The position numbers and the translations under genes were made by a program. A stretch of 64,000 nucleotides of DNA from Sedimentisphaerales bacterium (GTDB lineage: Bacteria > Planctomycetota > Phycisphaerae > Sedimentisphaerales > Anaerobacaceae), in contig OY970194.1 of assembly GCA_963708075.1 (NCBI GenBank), positions 576,001 through 640,000 on the forward strand, read 5' to 3'. Positions 35,751-45,306 of this stretch are shown piece by piece. Below the pieces are notes generated by a model that ran no database searches, was not told the origin of the DNA, and saw only the letters and a list, made by a program, of their open reading frames with translations. Position 1 is the stretch's first letter; every line of letters starts with the position of its first letter.

Positions 35751-36807
35751 ATGACTGAGGCGAAGGTCTTTGACAGGCTTCGAGCCGGCTGCGTCATTCC
35801 CGCCCATCCGCTTGCACTGACCGGCCAGAACAAGCTCGATGAACGATGCCAGAGAGCGTTGACACGGTACTACCTGGCTGCCGGCGCAGGGGGGCTGGCC
35901 GTAGGTGTGCATACAACCCAATTTGCCATTCACAATCCGACAGTTGGGCTCTATAAGCCTGTTCTGGAGTTGGCCATAGAGAACCTCGCGGTCGTGCGAA
36001 TCGGAACCGCCGATCATGATTGCCGGTCTGGTGGGAGATACGGCGAAGGCCGTCGGCGAAGCGCAATTGGCCGTGGAATTGGGCTACGATCTCGGCCTGC
36101 TCTCTCTCACGGCTCTGCGAGGCAAGTCGGTTGACGAGCTTATCGCCCACGCGATGCAGGTGGCCGATGTCATCCCTGTCATGGGCTTCTATCTGCAATC
36201 CGCGATCAGCCAGATGGTCCTGCCGAGAGAGTTCTGGTCCAGGCTGGTGGAGATACCGAATGTCCGGGCGATCAAGATCGCGCCCTTCAATCGTTATCAG
36301 ACGCTCGATGTGCTGGAGGCCGTGGCGCAATCCGGACGACAGGACGAAATCGCTCTGTACACCGGCAACGACGACAACATCATCATCGATCTTCTGACGC
36401 CGTACGTATTTCACACCGAGCGGGGCGAGGCATCGCTTCAGATCGTCGGAGGGCTGCTCGGGCAGTGGGCCTGCTGGACGAAAAGGGCGGTGGAACACCT
36501 GAAAGCGGTCCACGAGATTCGCAGGGCGAACAAGCCTGTCCCACAGGAGATGCTCACGCCGGCCGGTCAGATGACGCTCGCCAATAAGGCGATCTTCGAC
36601 GCCGACCACAATTTCGCCGGCTGTATCCCCGGCATATCCTATGTTCTGAGGCGGCAGGGGCTGATGAGCCATATCGGCGTGCTGGACCCCGCCGACACGC
36701 TCTCGCCTGGGCAGATCGACAGAATCGATCGCGTCATCTGTGAGTACCCGCACCTGACCGACGACGAATTCGTCCAGGCCAACCTGGACAAGTGGCTCTC
36801 GCCTTAA
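35751..36807 (+). pseudogene. Dihydrodipicolinate-synthase-family (class I aldolase-like) protein, split by a +1 frameshift near 35988 (or assembly error)
   Basis: VIPAHPLAL, GLAVGVHTTQF in ORF 35751; GFYLQ, AIKIAPFNRY, LYTGNDD in ORF 36016. Confidence 0.8.
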
Positions 36808-37901
36808 AGCCTATGGGCCTTCCGCGAGCGCAGGACCTTGATAATCTTGTTATTGGCGGCGGGGAAGGCGTATCGGCCCAGGTCGCCCGGGCGTACCCAC
36901 TTGAAGTCGGCGCAGGTGATACAGCGGGGCTCGCCCGAGATCCAGGAGCACTCAAATGCGTGAATCCGGACGCGAAAGTGGGAATAGGTGTGATCCACGA
37001 CGGTAAGCGGCCGCTCAACCCGAATTCTGATGGCGAGTTCCTCTTGAACTTCCCGAAGTAGCGCGGCTTCGAGGGACTCTCCGGATTCTCTTTTGCCGCC
37101 CGGGAATTCCCAGAGGCCGCCGAGCAGACCCTCGGGTTTACGTTTGTCGATCAGAATCCGGCCGGCCTTGTAGATCACGCCGACGACGACGGTATGGATG
37201 GGCAGCGGTTTCTTGGGGATGCGCGTCGGCAGGGAGAGCTGTTCGCCGTGGCGTTTGGCTTGGCAAACCCGGCTCAGCGGACAATCCCCGCACTGCGGAT
37301 TACGGGGCGTGCAGACCTCAGCGCCTATTTCCATCAAGGCCTGGTTGAACAGGCCGGGGTTCTTCGCGGGCACCAGGTCGCCGGCGATGGACCAGAGCAT
37401 TTTCTGAACCACGCTATCTTTCGGATTGCCGTGAATGCGGAAGACCCGGCACAGGACTCGCTCGATGTTGCCATCCACGATGGGGGCGCGCTCGTCGAAC
37501 GCGTTGCTGGCAATGGCGCCGGCGGTGTAACGGCCGATGCCCGGCAGGGTGAGCAGTTCAGCCGCTGTCCGGGGGAATCGCCCGTCGAATCGTTCGATGA
37601 TCCCCCCGGCCGCGAGGTGCAGGTTGCGGGCACGCGAGTAGTAGCCGAGCCCCTCCCACAGCTTGAGGATCGTATCGAGTCGAGCGCGGGCAAGGCTCTC
37701 GACCGTCGGAAATCGCTTCAGGAATCGCTCGTAGTACGGCACGACGGTCGAGACCCGCGTCTGCTGGAGCATGATCTCGGAGACCCAGATCGCGTACGGG
37801 TCCTTGGTCTTTCGCCAGGGCAGATCGCGCCCGTGCTCAGCGAACCAGCGGAGAAGGGTTTTTGGTATCTCGGTGCGTTTCAGTATTTCTCGCTTCCTCA
37901 A
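36804..37901 (-). CDS. mutY: A/G-specific adenine glycosylase with C-terminal Nudix domain
   Basis: WVSEIMLQQT, GLGYYSRARNL, LPGIGRYTA, DGN, CTPRNPQCGDCPLSRVC. Confidence 0.95.
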   Translation of the reverse strand: MRKREILKRTEIPKTLLRWFAEHGRDLPWRKTKDPYAIWVSEIMLQQTRVSTVVPYYERFLKRFPTVESLARARLDTILKLWEGLGYYSRARNLHLAAGGIIERFDGRFPRTAAELLTLPGIGRYTAGAIASNAFDERAPIVDGNIERVLCRVFRIHGNPKDSVVQKMLWSIAGDLVPAKNPGLFNQALMEIGAEVCTPRNPQCGDCPLSRVCQAKRHGEQLSLPTRIPKKPLPIHTVVVGVIYKAGRILIDKRKPEGLLGGLWEFPGGKRESGESLEAALLREVQEELAIRIRVERPLTVVDHTYSHFRVRIHAFECSWISGEPRCITCADFKWVRPGDLGRYAFPAANNKIIKVLRSRKAHRL

Positions 37902-38308
37902 CTCTGGGCGGGCTGCCCGATTTGATCCTTCTTTCGATACACCATTCCTTCGAAGCTGGCGACAAGCTCATCGGAGTCATCGGTCACACGGATCGAATAG
38001 GTCGCCAGCTTGGGATTGCAGGACACCTCTTTCGCCTCGGCGAATAGGGTGCCTTGCTTAGCCGCCTTGACGAACCAGATGCTCGCGTTGATGGCTACGG
38101 CCACCGTGCCATGCGAGTTCGAGGCCGCCGCAAATACCAGATCGGCCAGGGTGAAAATGGCGCCGCCGTGAACGAGATTCACGCCGTTGAGATGGCTGTC
38201 GTTGATCGCCATCTTCGCCTTTGCGTACCCCTTGCCGATATCGAGCAGCTCGATGCCGCTGTGCCGTGCGAATCGGTCGTTCTTGAAGAAGTCCCAGATT
38301 GCCTTCAT
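37898..38308 (-). CDS. PaaI-family hotdog thioesterase
   Basis: HLNGVNLVHGGAIFTLADLVFAAASNS. Confidence 0.9.
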   Translation of the reverse strand: MKAIWDFFKNDRFARHSGIELLDIGKGYAKAKMAINDSHLNGVNLVHGGAIFTLADLVFAAASNSHGTVAVAINASIWFVKAAKQGTLFAEAKEVSCNPKLATYSIRVTDDSDELVASFEGMVYRKKDQIGQPAQS

Positions 38309-38329
38309 GACGAACCCATTTCCTTTTGC

Positions 38330-38396
38330 GATTTACGATTTATGATTTACTATTTACCCTCGCAAATAATAAATCATAAGTCATAAATAGTAAATT
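38330..38396. repeat. Inverted heptamer tandem repeat between divergent genes
   Basis: GATTTAC GATTTAT GATTTAC TATTTAC - CCTC - GCAAATA ATAAATC ATAAGTC ATAAATA GTAAATT. Confidence 0.8.
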
Positions 38397-38403
38397 CTCA
38401 GGT

Positions 38404-39207
38404 ATGGAACATCGAATCATAGACTTTCACGCTCACGCCTTTCCGGATGCGCTGGCGCCTCTCGCGATGAAGGTGCTGCTGGAAGAGGCGCCGGAGGTTC
38501 GGGCCTATCTCGACGGGACAGTTGCAGACTTGCTCAAATCGATGGACCGGGCCGGCATTGAGAAGAGTGTGATCTGCTGCATCGCGACCAGGCCGGAGCA
38601 GTTCGAGCCGATCCTCCGCTGGTGCACGCAGATTCGTTCGGAGCGGCTCATTCCCTTTCCATCGGTTCATCCCGCCGATCCCGCGTGCCTCGATGCCATC
38701 CGGCGCATCCGCGAAGAAGGGTTCCGGGGAATCAAGCTGCACCCGTACTACCAGGATTTCTTCGCCGATGAGGATCGGATGCTGCGTTTCTACGAGGAGG
38801 TGTCGCGACAGGACCTTCTCCTCGTCATGCACACGGGATACGACATCGCGTTTCCGAGGATTCGCCGGGCCGATCCGGAGAAGATCCTGCACATCAAGGA
38901 GGCTTTTCCGGCCCTGAAATTCATCGCCACACACCTCGGCGCCTGGCAGCAGTGGGACGAGGTGCGCAAGTATCTCATTGGCCGGGAGATCCACATGGAG
39001 ATTTCATTCGCGATGGATGACCTCGGCCGCGAGCGGACTCGCGAGATGATCACGGGTCATCCGGACGGATATATTCTGTTCGGCACCGATTCTCCATGGA
39101 AAGATCAAGCCGAGACGCTTTCCCTGCTGAAAAACCTGAATCTTCCGGAAGGGAATCTGAGGCGGATTCTGTCAGGCACTGCGTTGTCACTCCTGGGCTT
39201 GGCCTGA
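38404..39207 (+). CDS. Amidohydrolase-family (TIM-barrel metal-dependent) protein
   Basis: IDFHAH, GIKLHP, MHTG, THLG, LFGTDSPW. Confidence 0.88.
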   Translation: MEHRIIDFHAHAFPDALAPLAMKVLLEEAPEVRAYLDGTVADLLKSMDRAGIEKSVICCIATRPEQFEPILRWCTQIRSERLIPFPSVHPADPACLDAIRRIREEGFRGIKLHPYYQDFFADEDRMLRFYEEVSRQDLLLVMHTGYDIAFPRIRRADPEKILHIKEAFPALKFIATHLGAWQQWDEVRKYLIGREIHMEISFAMDDLGRERTREMITGHPDGYILFGTDSPWKDQAETLSLLKNLNLPEGNLRRILSGTALSLLGLA

Positions 39208-39776
39208 GGGATGGGCCGTTCTTGGTTCGACGCTAAGTGCATTTTAGACAATGGTTTACAGATCACATGAACCCTTGGGAGTGGGGGACGCGAGCGGATC
39301 TGCGGTCGAGCCGTCGCGACACAGCAGGGGTGAAGGTAGGGCGGATTTTACAATATTGTCCCAGAACATGCTTTCTTTTTGTGCTGATAACGCGCATAAT
39401 TCACCGATTATCATGGTTGGAGGCCGGTGTGTCATGTCACCGGCAGTAGCTGTCCGTGGACGGTATGAGGAGGTAGTGGGAGAAGAGTGTATGCGCGGAA
39501 TGTCGCGTGCGTGAGTTTTTGGCAGGCGTGTCCGGCCTGTCTCGCGTGCCCGGGTCCGATGCATGAAGGGGAGAAGAGAATCTCTTGTCAGACGACAGGC
39601 TGGTCTGATGGGCATTTACTTCATCTTTCTCCTCTTTCTTTTACCCACGCGGCCATGGATACAGCCAGTTTGTACAGATAACGTTGTCTGGACCGATGCT
39701 CCATGTGGACCCGGACGTTTTGTCGGGTGCATCTGGTCGACTGTATCAGGTACTGCGAGTGAAGAAGGAGACACAA

Positions 39777-41339
39777 ATGACGCAACAACAGTGGAAAGCC
39801 GGATTGATCGTGGCATTGCTGATGGCAATGACCGGCTCGGTGGCTTTGGCGGCTGCCGGCGCCGCTGCCCCGGCCAAAGAAGCAGCCCCAGCGACGGAAG
39901 CGGCCAAAGCAGCGCCGGCCGCGCCCGCGAAACCAACGCACACAGAGTTGTTCTGGCCCGAAGCATGGAACGCCTTTCACAACCCCACCGACTGGTTGAG
40001 CATGGGACTTGACCACCGGTTCAGGATTGAAGCCGGACGGAACTGGGATACCCTGAATAGTGATAGCATCACGGATGACTGGTGGTATGAGCGATATCGG
40101 ACGCGTTGGTGGACGAAAACGGTCCTCGGCGAGGACATCAGTTTCAACACGCGCCTCACATGGGAGTTCCGAACGTGGGATGAGCCCCACGCACAGAACA
40201 TCGTGGCGACGGAACAATTTGGCTTCCAGAAGTACGACCGGAATACGGATTTGGATGAAGCCCTGTTTGACTGGTTCAATTTCAACATCCGCAATATCGG
40301 CGGGCTGCCCTTGACGGCGACCATCGGCCGCCAGGACATGATATTCGGCGTCGGCTGGCTGGTTCTGGATGCCTCACCTCTGGATGGCTCCCGCACGGTA
40401 GGTATGTTCGATGCCGCTCGGTTTACTTATGACTGGACCGATGCGAGCACCAAGATCGACTTGGCGTATGTCAATCGAATGGCAGAATCCGATAAATTCC
40501 TGGAGCCCATCGATGATAAGAACCGCGCACTGACGGAGCAGGACGAGAACGGCGCCATTCTCTATTTGACCAACACGTCGTTCAAGCCCATCCAACTGGA
40601 GGGATTCTTCATCTACAGGAACGATAACCCGGTTGATAACCCCACGGAATTGAGCAACCTCGCTCCGATGTGGGGTGCGGATCAAGACATCTACACGTTC
40701 GGCGCCGCGATTGCCGGGACTTCCGGCGACCACTGGAAGTACCGGGCGGAAGGGGCTTTCCAGACGGGTACAACAGAGAGAAAGGCTTTGACGCCGCCGT
40801 TTGCCCTCGGCGATGAGCAGGACATCGAAGCATTCGGTGTCCTCACAAATCTGGAATATCTGTTCAAGGATGCGCATGAGAACGCCACCCACATCGGTTA
40901 TGAGTACGCCTCGGGTGACGATCCTGACTCGGATGACTTCGAGCAGTTCAATCTCCTCTGGGGTGAGTGGCCACGATGGAGTGAGTTGCTGATCTACACC
41001 TACACCATGGAGACAGAGCCGTCCAATACGACGAACCTGCACCGTGCAAACATCGGCCACAGGATCAACCTGAGCAAGCAGTGGACGTTCACCGTGGACT
41101 ACCATGCTTTGTGGTCCGATCGGCCGGGCAACCCGTGGAGAACGGGTGCCAATGGCATCAACGTCGATGGCAGCAGTGAGTTCCGCGGCTCTCTGGTTAC
41201 CGCATGGGCCAGGTACAAGTTCAGCGATCAGCTCTACGGCCATATCCTGGGCGAGTATTTCACGCCCGGCGACTATTACGTGAACCCAAGCGGCGATGAT
41301 GCCTATTTCTTCCGGTTCAACCTGGAATACATCTTCTAA
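39777..41339 (+). CDS. Outer-membrane beta-barrel, alginate-export (AlgE-like) family
   Basis: AAGGAG SD, signal peptide, IGRQD, YEYASGDDP, C-terminal Phe signature (FRFNLEYIF). Confidence 0.75.
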   Translation: MTQQQWKAGLIVALLMAMTGSVALAAAGAAAPAKEAAPATEAAKAAPAAPAKPTHTELFWPEAWNAFHNPTDWLSMGLDHRFRIEAGRNWDTLNSDSITDDWWYERYRTRWWTKTVLGEDISFNTRLTWEFRTWDEPHAQNIVATEQFGFQKYDRNTDLDEALFDWFNFNIRNIGGLPLTATIGRQDMIFGVGWLVLDASPLDGSRTVGMFDAARFTYDWTDASTKIDLAYVNRMAESDKFLEPIDDKNRALTEQDENGAILYLTNTSFKPIQLEGFFIYRNDNPVDNPTELSNLAPMWGADQDIYTFGAAIAGTSGDHWKYRAEGAFQTGTTERKALTPPFALGDEQDIEAFGVLTNLEYLFKDAHENATHIGYEYASGDDPDSDDFEQFNLLWGEWPRWSELLIYTYTMETEPSNTTNLHRANIGHRINLSKQWTFTVDYHALWSDRPGNPWRTGANGINVDGSSEFRGSLVTAWARYKFSDQLYGHILGEYFTPGDYYVNPSGDDAYFFRFNLEYIF

Positions 41340-41397
41340 AGCGTCACGGCCGCGTGATGAGGAGACGGAAAACCGCATGGTCTGCGGGTGATTTTTC

Positions 41398-41425
41398 TTG
41401 GATCAACATGAGATGTACTTATAAT
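41398..41425 (+). promoter_or_regulatory. Sigma70-like promoter TTGGAT-N16-TATAAT for the ior/paaK operon
   Basis: Perfect -10 box at 41420-41425, 8 nt before ATG 41434. Confidence 0.45.
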
Positions 41426-41433
41426 AGAGCCCT

Positions 41434-42981
41434 ATGGCTAGAATGAGTACATCAGAAAAAGCGTTACTGTCTGGAAATGAGGCGTTAGTACAGGGGGCCT
41501 ATGAGGCCGGCCTGAGCGTGGCGTGTGCCTATCCCGGGACACCGTCCACGGAGATTCTCGAGACCCTGGCGCAACTGCCGGACGTGGATGTGCAGTGGTC
41601 GGTCAACGAGAAGGTGGCCTTTGAGGTCGCGCTTGGCGCGGCCATCGCGGGGGCTCGCAGCCTGTTTGCGTGCAAACATGTGGGCCTGAACGTCGCGATG
41701 GACCCCTTGATGACTTCGTCATATACAGGGGTGCAGGCCGGGTTCGTGGTGGTCGTTTGTGACGATCCCGGCATGCACTCCTCGCAAAACGAGCAGGACA
41801 CCCGCTGGGTGGCTCTGTACGCCAAGGTGCCCATGCTCGAACCTTCCTGCCCCTCGGAAGCCAGGGAATTCGTCAAAGAGGCGTTCAAGATCAGCGAACG
41901 CTTCGACACACCCGTCATCGTCAGGATGACCACACGCGTCTCGCACACGAAAGAGAATGTCGCGTTGGGCAAGCGCGAGGTGCCGCCGAGACCGGAGTTC
42001 GAGAGGAATATCCCCAAGTACGTGATGGTCCCCGGCAATGCCCGTCAGCGGCATATCTTCGTTGAGAAGAGACTTGGGCAGCTTACGGCGGTGTCGGAGC
42101 GAAGCCGTTTCAATCGCGTCGAGCGGGGCGACAACAAGATCGGATTCATCACATCGAGTGTCTCATACCAGTACCTCAAGGAGAACTATCCCGATGCGTC
42201 ATATCTGAAGCTTGGGATGAGCTACCCATTCTGCGACGACAAGATCAAGGCGTTCGCCAAGAGCGTCAAGAAGCTCTTTGTCGTCGAAGAACTGGACCCG
42301 TTCATCGAAGAGCACGTCAAGGCGTTGGGCTTGAAGGTCCGGGCCAAGGACCCCTCGTTCCGCATCGGGGAGCTGACGCCGGAACTGATCCCGGCGATCG
42401 TGGCGGGCAAGGCCAAGCAGGAGGTGAAGTCGGCCGCGCGAAAGCCCCGGCTTTGCCCGGAATGTCCGCACTGGGCGACGTTCGCGGCCTTGAAGAAGCT
42501 GGACTGCTACGTGGCCGGTGACATCGGCTGCTACACGCTGGCCTGCCTGCCGCCCATGTCGGCCCTGCATTCGTGCCTGTGCATGGGGGCGGGCGTGACG
42601 TTCCACGAGGGCTGGCGCAAGGGCGCTCCCGGCAAGAGAATCGTCGGAGTCCTGGGCGACTCCACGTTCGTCCACTCGGGCATCACCGGGCTGATCAATG
42701 CCGCATACAACAAGGTCAAAGGCGTCATTCTCGTCCTCGACAACTCCACGACCGCGATGACGGGTGGGCAGCAGCACCCCGCCACGGGCCTGACCATCCG
42801 GAACGAGCCTACGAAGAAGCTGATTCTCGAAGATCTCTGTCGGGCGTGCGGCGTCGATAACGTGGATGTCGTGGACCCGAAGAATCTGGAGGAGTTCCGG
42901 ACCATTCTCGAGAAACGGGTGAACGAGGATGCCTTGTCCGTGATTATCTCCAGGCACCCATGCAAGCTGCTGAGAAGGTAG
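41434..42981 (+). CDS. iorA: Indolepyruvate:ferredoxin oxidoreductase alpha subunit (no C-terminal ferredoxin domain)
   Basis: SGNEA, YPGTPSTEI, NEKVA, KHVGLNVA, DDPGMHSSQNEQD, CPECPH, GDIGCY, TPP motif GDSTF...LDN. Confidence 0.92.
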   Translation: MARMSTSEKALLSGNEALVQGAYEAGLSVACAYPGTPSTEILETLAQLPDVDVQWSVNEKVAFEVALGAAIAGARSLFACKHVGLNVAMDPLMTSSYTGVQAGFVVVVCDDPGMHSSQNEQDTRWVALYAKVPMLEPSCPSEAREFVKEAFKISERFDTPVIVRMTTRVSHTKENVALGKREVPPRPEFERNIPKYVMVPGNARQRHIFVEKRLGQLTAVSERSRFNRVERGDNKIGFITSSVSYQYLKENYPDASYLKLGMSYPFCDDKIKAFAKSVKKLFVVEELDPFIEEHVKALGLKVRAKDPSFRIGELTPELIPAIVAGKAKQEVKSAARKPRLCPECPHWATFAALKKLDCYVAGDIGCYTLACLPPMSALHSCLCMGAGVTFHEGWRKGAPGKRIVGVLGDSTFVHSGITGLINAAYNKVKGVILVLDNSTTAMTGGQQHPATGLTIRNEPTKKLILEDLCRACGVDNVDVVDPKNLEEFRTILEKRVNEDALSVIISRHPCKLLRR

Positions 42982-42994
42982 GTCGCGTCATCCC

Positions 42995-43477
42995 ATGAAT
43001 AAAGTGTACAGCATCACGTTTGGCGGTATCGGCGGGCAGGGGGTTTTGAAAGCGTCGGAGATTTGCGGCTGGGCCGCTATGTTCGCCGGGTACCATGTTA
43101 AGAAATCGGAAGTGCATGGCATGTCTCAGCGGGGGGGCTCGGTCGAATCGCACGTGCGGTTCGGCAAGCGGGTGTTCTCGCCTCTCGTCCCCGCCGGCGG
43201 TGCGGACTTCCTGGTCTGCTTCCATCAGGAAGAGCATCCGAGACTTCTGGGCTTTCTCAAGCCCGACGGTGCGGACCTGACCGGCTACCTGGAGAAAGTC
43301 GAGAAGGCGGTGGAGAATCCTCGCGGCCTCAATACCTGTCTGGTCGGCGTGCTCTCGGCCAAATTGCCCATCAAAGAGGAATATTGGATGAAGGCCATTG
43401 AGGCAGTCTTCAAGGGCAAAGGGGTCGAAGAAAACAAAAAGGTGTTCCTCGATGGGAGGAAGATAGGCCAATCATGA
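42995..43477 (+). CDS. iorB: Indolepyruvate oxidoreductase beta subunit
   Basis: GIGGQG, SEVHGMSQRGGSVESHVRFG. Confidence 0.9.
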   Translation: MNKVYSITFGGIGGQGVLKASEICGWAAMFAGYHVKKSEVHGMSQRGGSVESHVRFGKRVFSPLVPAGGADFLVCFHQEEHPRLLGFLKPDGADLTGYLEKVEKAVENPRGLNTCLVGVLSAKLPIKEEYWMKAIEAVFKGKGVEENKKVFLDGRKIGQS

Positions 43478-44775
43478 TCTGGAAAGAAAACGTCGAATGC
43501 GCGAGGCCAGCGGACCTGAAGGCATTGCAGTCCGCGCACCTGAGAAAACTCATTCCCTACATCTACAACAATTGTCCCGTCTACAAGCAGAAGCTCCATG
43601 CCGCGGGTATCTCGCCGGACAAGATCAAGTCCATCGATGACATCCGGCGGCTGCCGTTCACGACGAAAGAGGACATGCGGGACAATTATCCCTACGGCCT
43701 GTTCTCCTGTCCGCAGAACCGCATCAACGAGATTCACATCTCCAGCGGCACAACGGGCAATCCGACGCTCGTAGGATACACCAAGGACGACCTGAAGCTC
43801 TGGGGGGACGTCATGGCCCGGGTCTTGGGCTGCGCGGGGGCGGAGCCGGGCGACACGATCCAGATCGCTTACGGGTACGGACTGTTCACAGGCGGCCTGG
43901 GGTTCCACTACGGCGCTCTGGAGATGGGCCTTCGCATCATTCCGACGTCGTCGGGCCAGACCGCTCGGCAGCTCAAGTTGATGCAGGATTTCAAGCCGCG
44001 AATCGTCGCCTGCACTCCCAGTTACATGCTCTACATGGCCGAGGAGGCCAAGGAGTTGGGCATCGATCCGACCAAAGGCAACTGGAAGATCGGCATTTTC
44101 GGAGCCGAGCCGTGGAGCGAATCGATGCGGCATGAGATCGAATCGATTTGGAACATGCTGGCGACGGACGTCTACGGCCTTTCCGAAATCATCGGCCCAG
44201 GCGTTGCCCAGGAATGCACGCATAAGGACGGGTTGCACATCTTCAGCGATGTGTTTTATCCCGAGATCATCAATCCCCAGACGGGCGAGCCGGTGGCCGA
44301 AGGCGAGGACGGCGAACTGACGATTACTACGCTGACCAAGCAGGGGATCCCGCTGATTCGCTACGGGACCCGCGACGTGGTCAGCATCCGGTATGACAAG
44401 TGCCGTTGCGGCCGGACGAGTCCTCGCATCAGCAAGATCAAGGGACGCACGGACGACATGATCGTCGTGCGCGGAATCAACGTCTTTCCGTCCCAGATCG
44501 AGCACGTGCTCGTCGGCATCGAAGGCACGCAGCCGCACTACCAGATCATCGTCGATCGCCAGGCGCACCAGCTCGATGAGGTCGAGGTGCTCGTCGAGGT
44601 CGAGCAGAGGTTCTTCTCCGATGAGATCAAACACCTCAACGAGCTGCGCGAGAAGATCAAAAAGGAGATCGCGAACGTGCTCTCGATCGGCGTCAAGGTG
44701 ACGCTCGTCGAGCCCAAGACGATCAAACGCAGCGAAGGCAAGGCGCAACGCATCGTGGACAAGCGAAAACTATAA
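43474..44775 (+). CDS. paaK: Phenylacetate--CoA ligase family protein (copy 1)
   Basis: LPFTTK, SSGTTG, YGYGLFTGGLGFHYG, GAEPWSE, YGLSE, GRTDDMIVVRGINVFPSQIE. Confidence 0.93.
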   Translation: MIWKENVECARPADLKALQSAHLRKLIPYIYNNCPVYKQKLHAAGISPDKIKSIDDIRRLPFTTKEDMRDNYPYGLFSCPQNRINEIHISSGTTGNPTLVGYTKDDLKLWGDVMARVLGCAGAEPGDTIQIAYGYGLFTGGLGFHYGALEMGLRIIPTSSGQTARQLKLMQDFKPRIVACTPSYMLYMAEEAKELGIDPTKGNWKIGIFGAEPWSESMRHEIESIWNMLATDVYGLSEIIGPGVAQECTHKDGLHIFSDVFYPEIINPQTGEPVAEGEDGELTITTLTKQGIPLIRYGTRDVVSIRYDKCRCGRTSPRISKIKGRTDDMIVVRGINVFPSQIEHVLVGIEGTQPHYQIIVDRQAHQLDEVEVLVEVEQRFFSDEIKHLNELREKIKKEIANVLSIGVKVTLVEPKTIKRSEGKAQRIVDKRKL

Positions 44776-44785
44776 GGGGCAGCAG

Positions 44786-45217
44786 ATGAGGATTACACAG
44801 ATTTCCGTGTTCTTGGAGAACCGCCAGGGCCGGCTCTATGATGTTTGCTCGCTCCTGGGCAACAATAACGTGAACATTCGGGCATTGACCATTGCGGAGA
44901 CGGAAAGCTTCGGCGTCCTGCGGATCGTCGTGGACAAGTCCGACGCGGCGATCAAGCTGCTTCGCGAGAACCAGTTCGTCGCCAACTTCACGGACGTGAT
45001 CGCGATCGAGGTGCCGGACAAGCCCGGCGGACTGGCCTCCATTTTGAAGGTTCTCGCCGAGAACGAGGTCAATATCGAGTACATGTATGGCTTCGTGGAG
45101 AAGTTCAGCGACAAGGCCCTGCTGGTGATGCGATTCGAGGACACGGACTTTGCCCAGCAGATCCTGTCCAAGCACAACGTCCACGTAGTCGCCGAGAAGG
45201 ATATACAGGGGCTCTAA
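44786..45217 (+). CDS. ACT-domain protein (two ACT repeats)
   Basis: QISVFLENRQGRL, NIRAL, DKPGGL, NIEYMY. Confidence 0.9.
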   Translation: MRITQISVFLENRQGRLYDVCSLLGNNNVNIRALTIAETESFGVLRIVVDKSDAAIKLLRENQFVANFTDVIAIEVPDKPGGLASILKVLAENEVNIEYMYGFVEKFSDKALLVMRFEDTDFAQQILSKHNVHVVAEKDIQGL

Positions 45218-45219
45218 CA

Positions 45220-45304
45220 ATTGCGGATTGATGATTGCGGATTGCGGATTGCGGATTGCGGATTCGATCCCTAATCCGCAATCCGAAATCCGAAATCCGA
45301 AATC
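45220..45304. repeat. Inverted heptamer tandem repeat (ATTGCGG)n / (CCGAAAT)n
   Basis: Six left units (one degenerate) and four right units forming a long hairpin that fills the intergenic gap. Confidence 0.85.
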
Positions 45305-45306
45305 AT

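Noticed and set aside
45235..45306. N-terminal extension MRIADCGLRI... of the second paaK
   Set aside because: Translation of the heptamer repeat, not protein sequence
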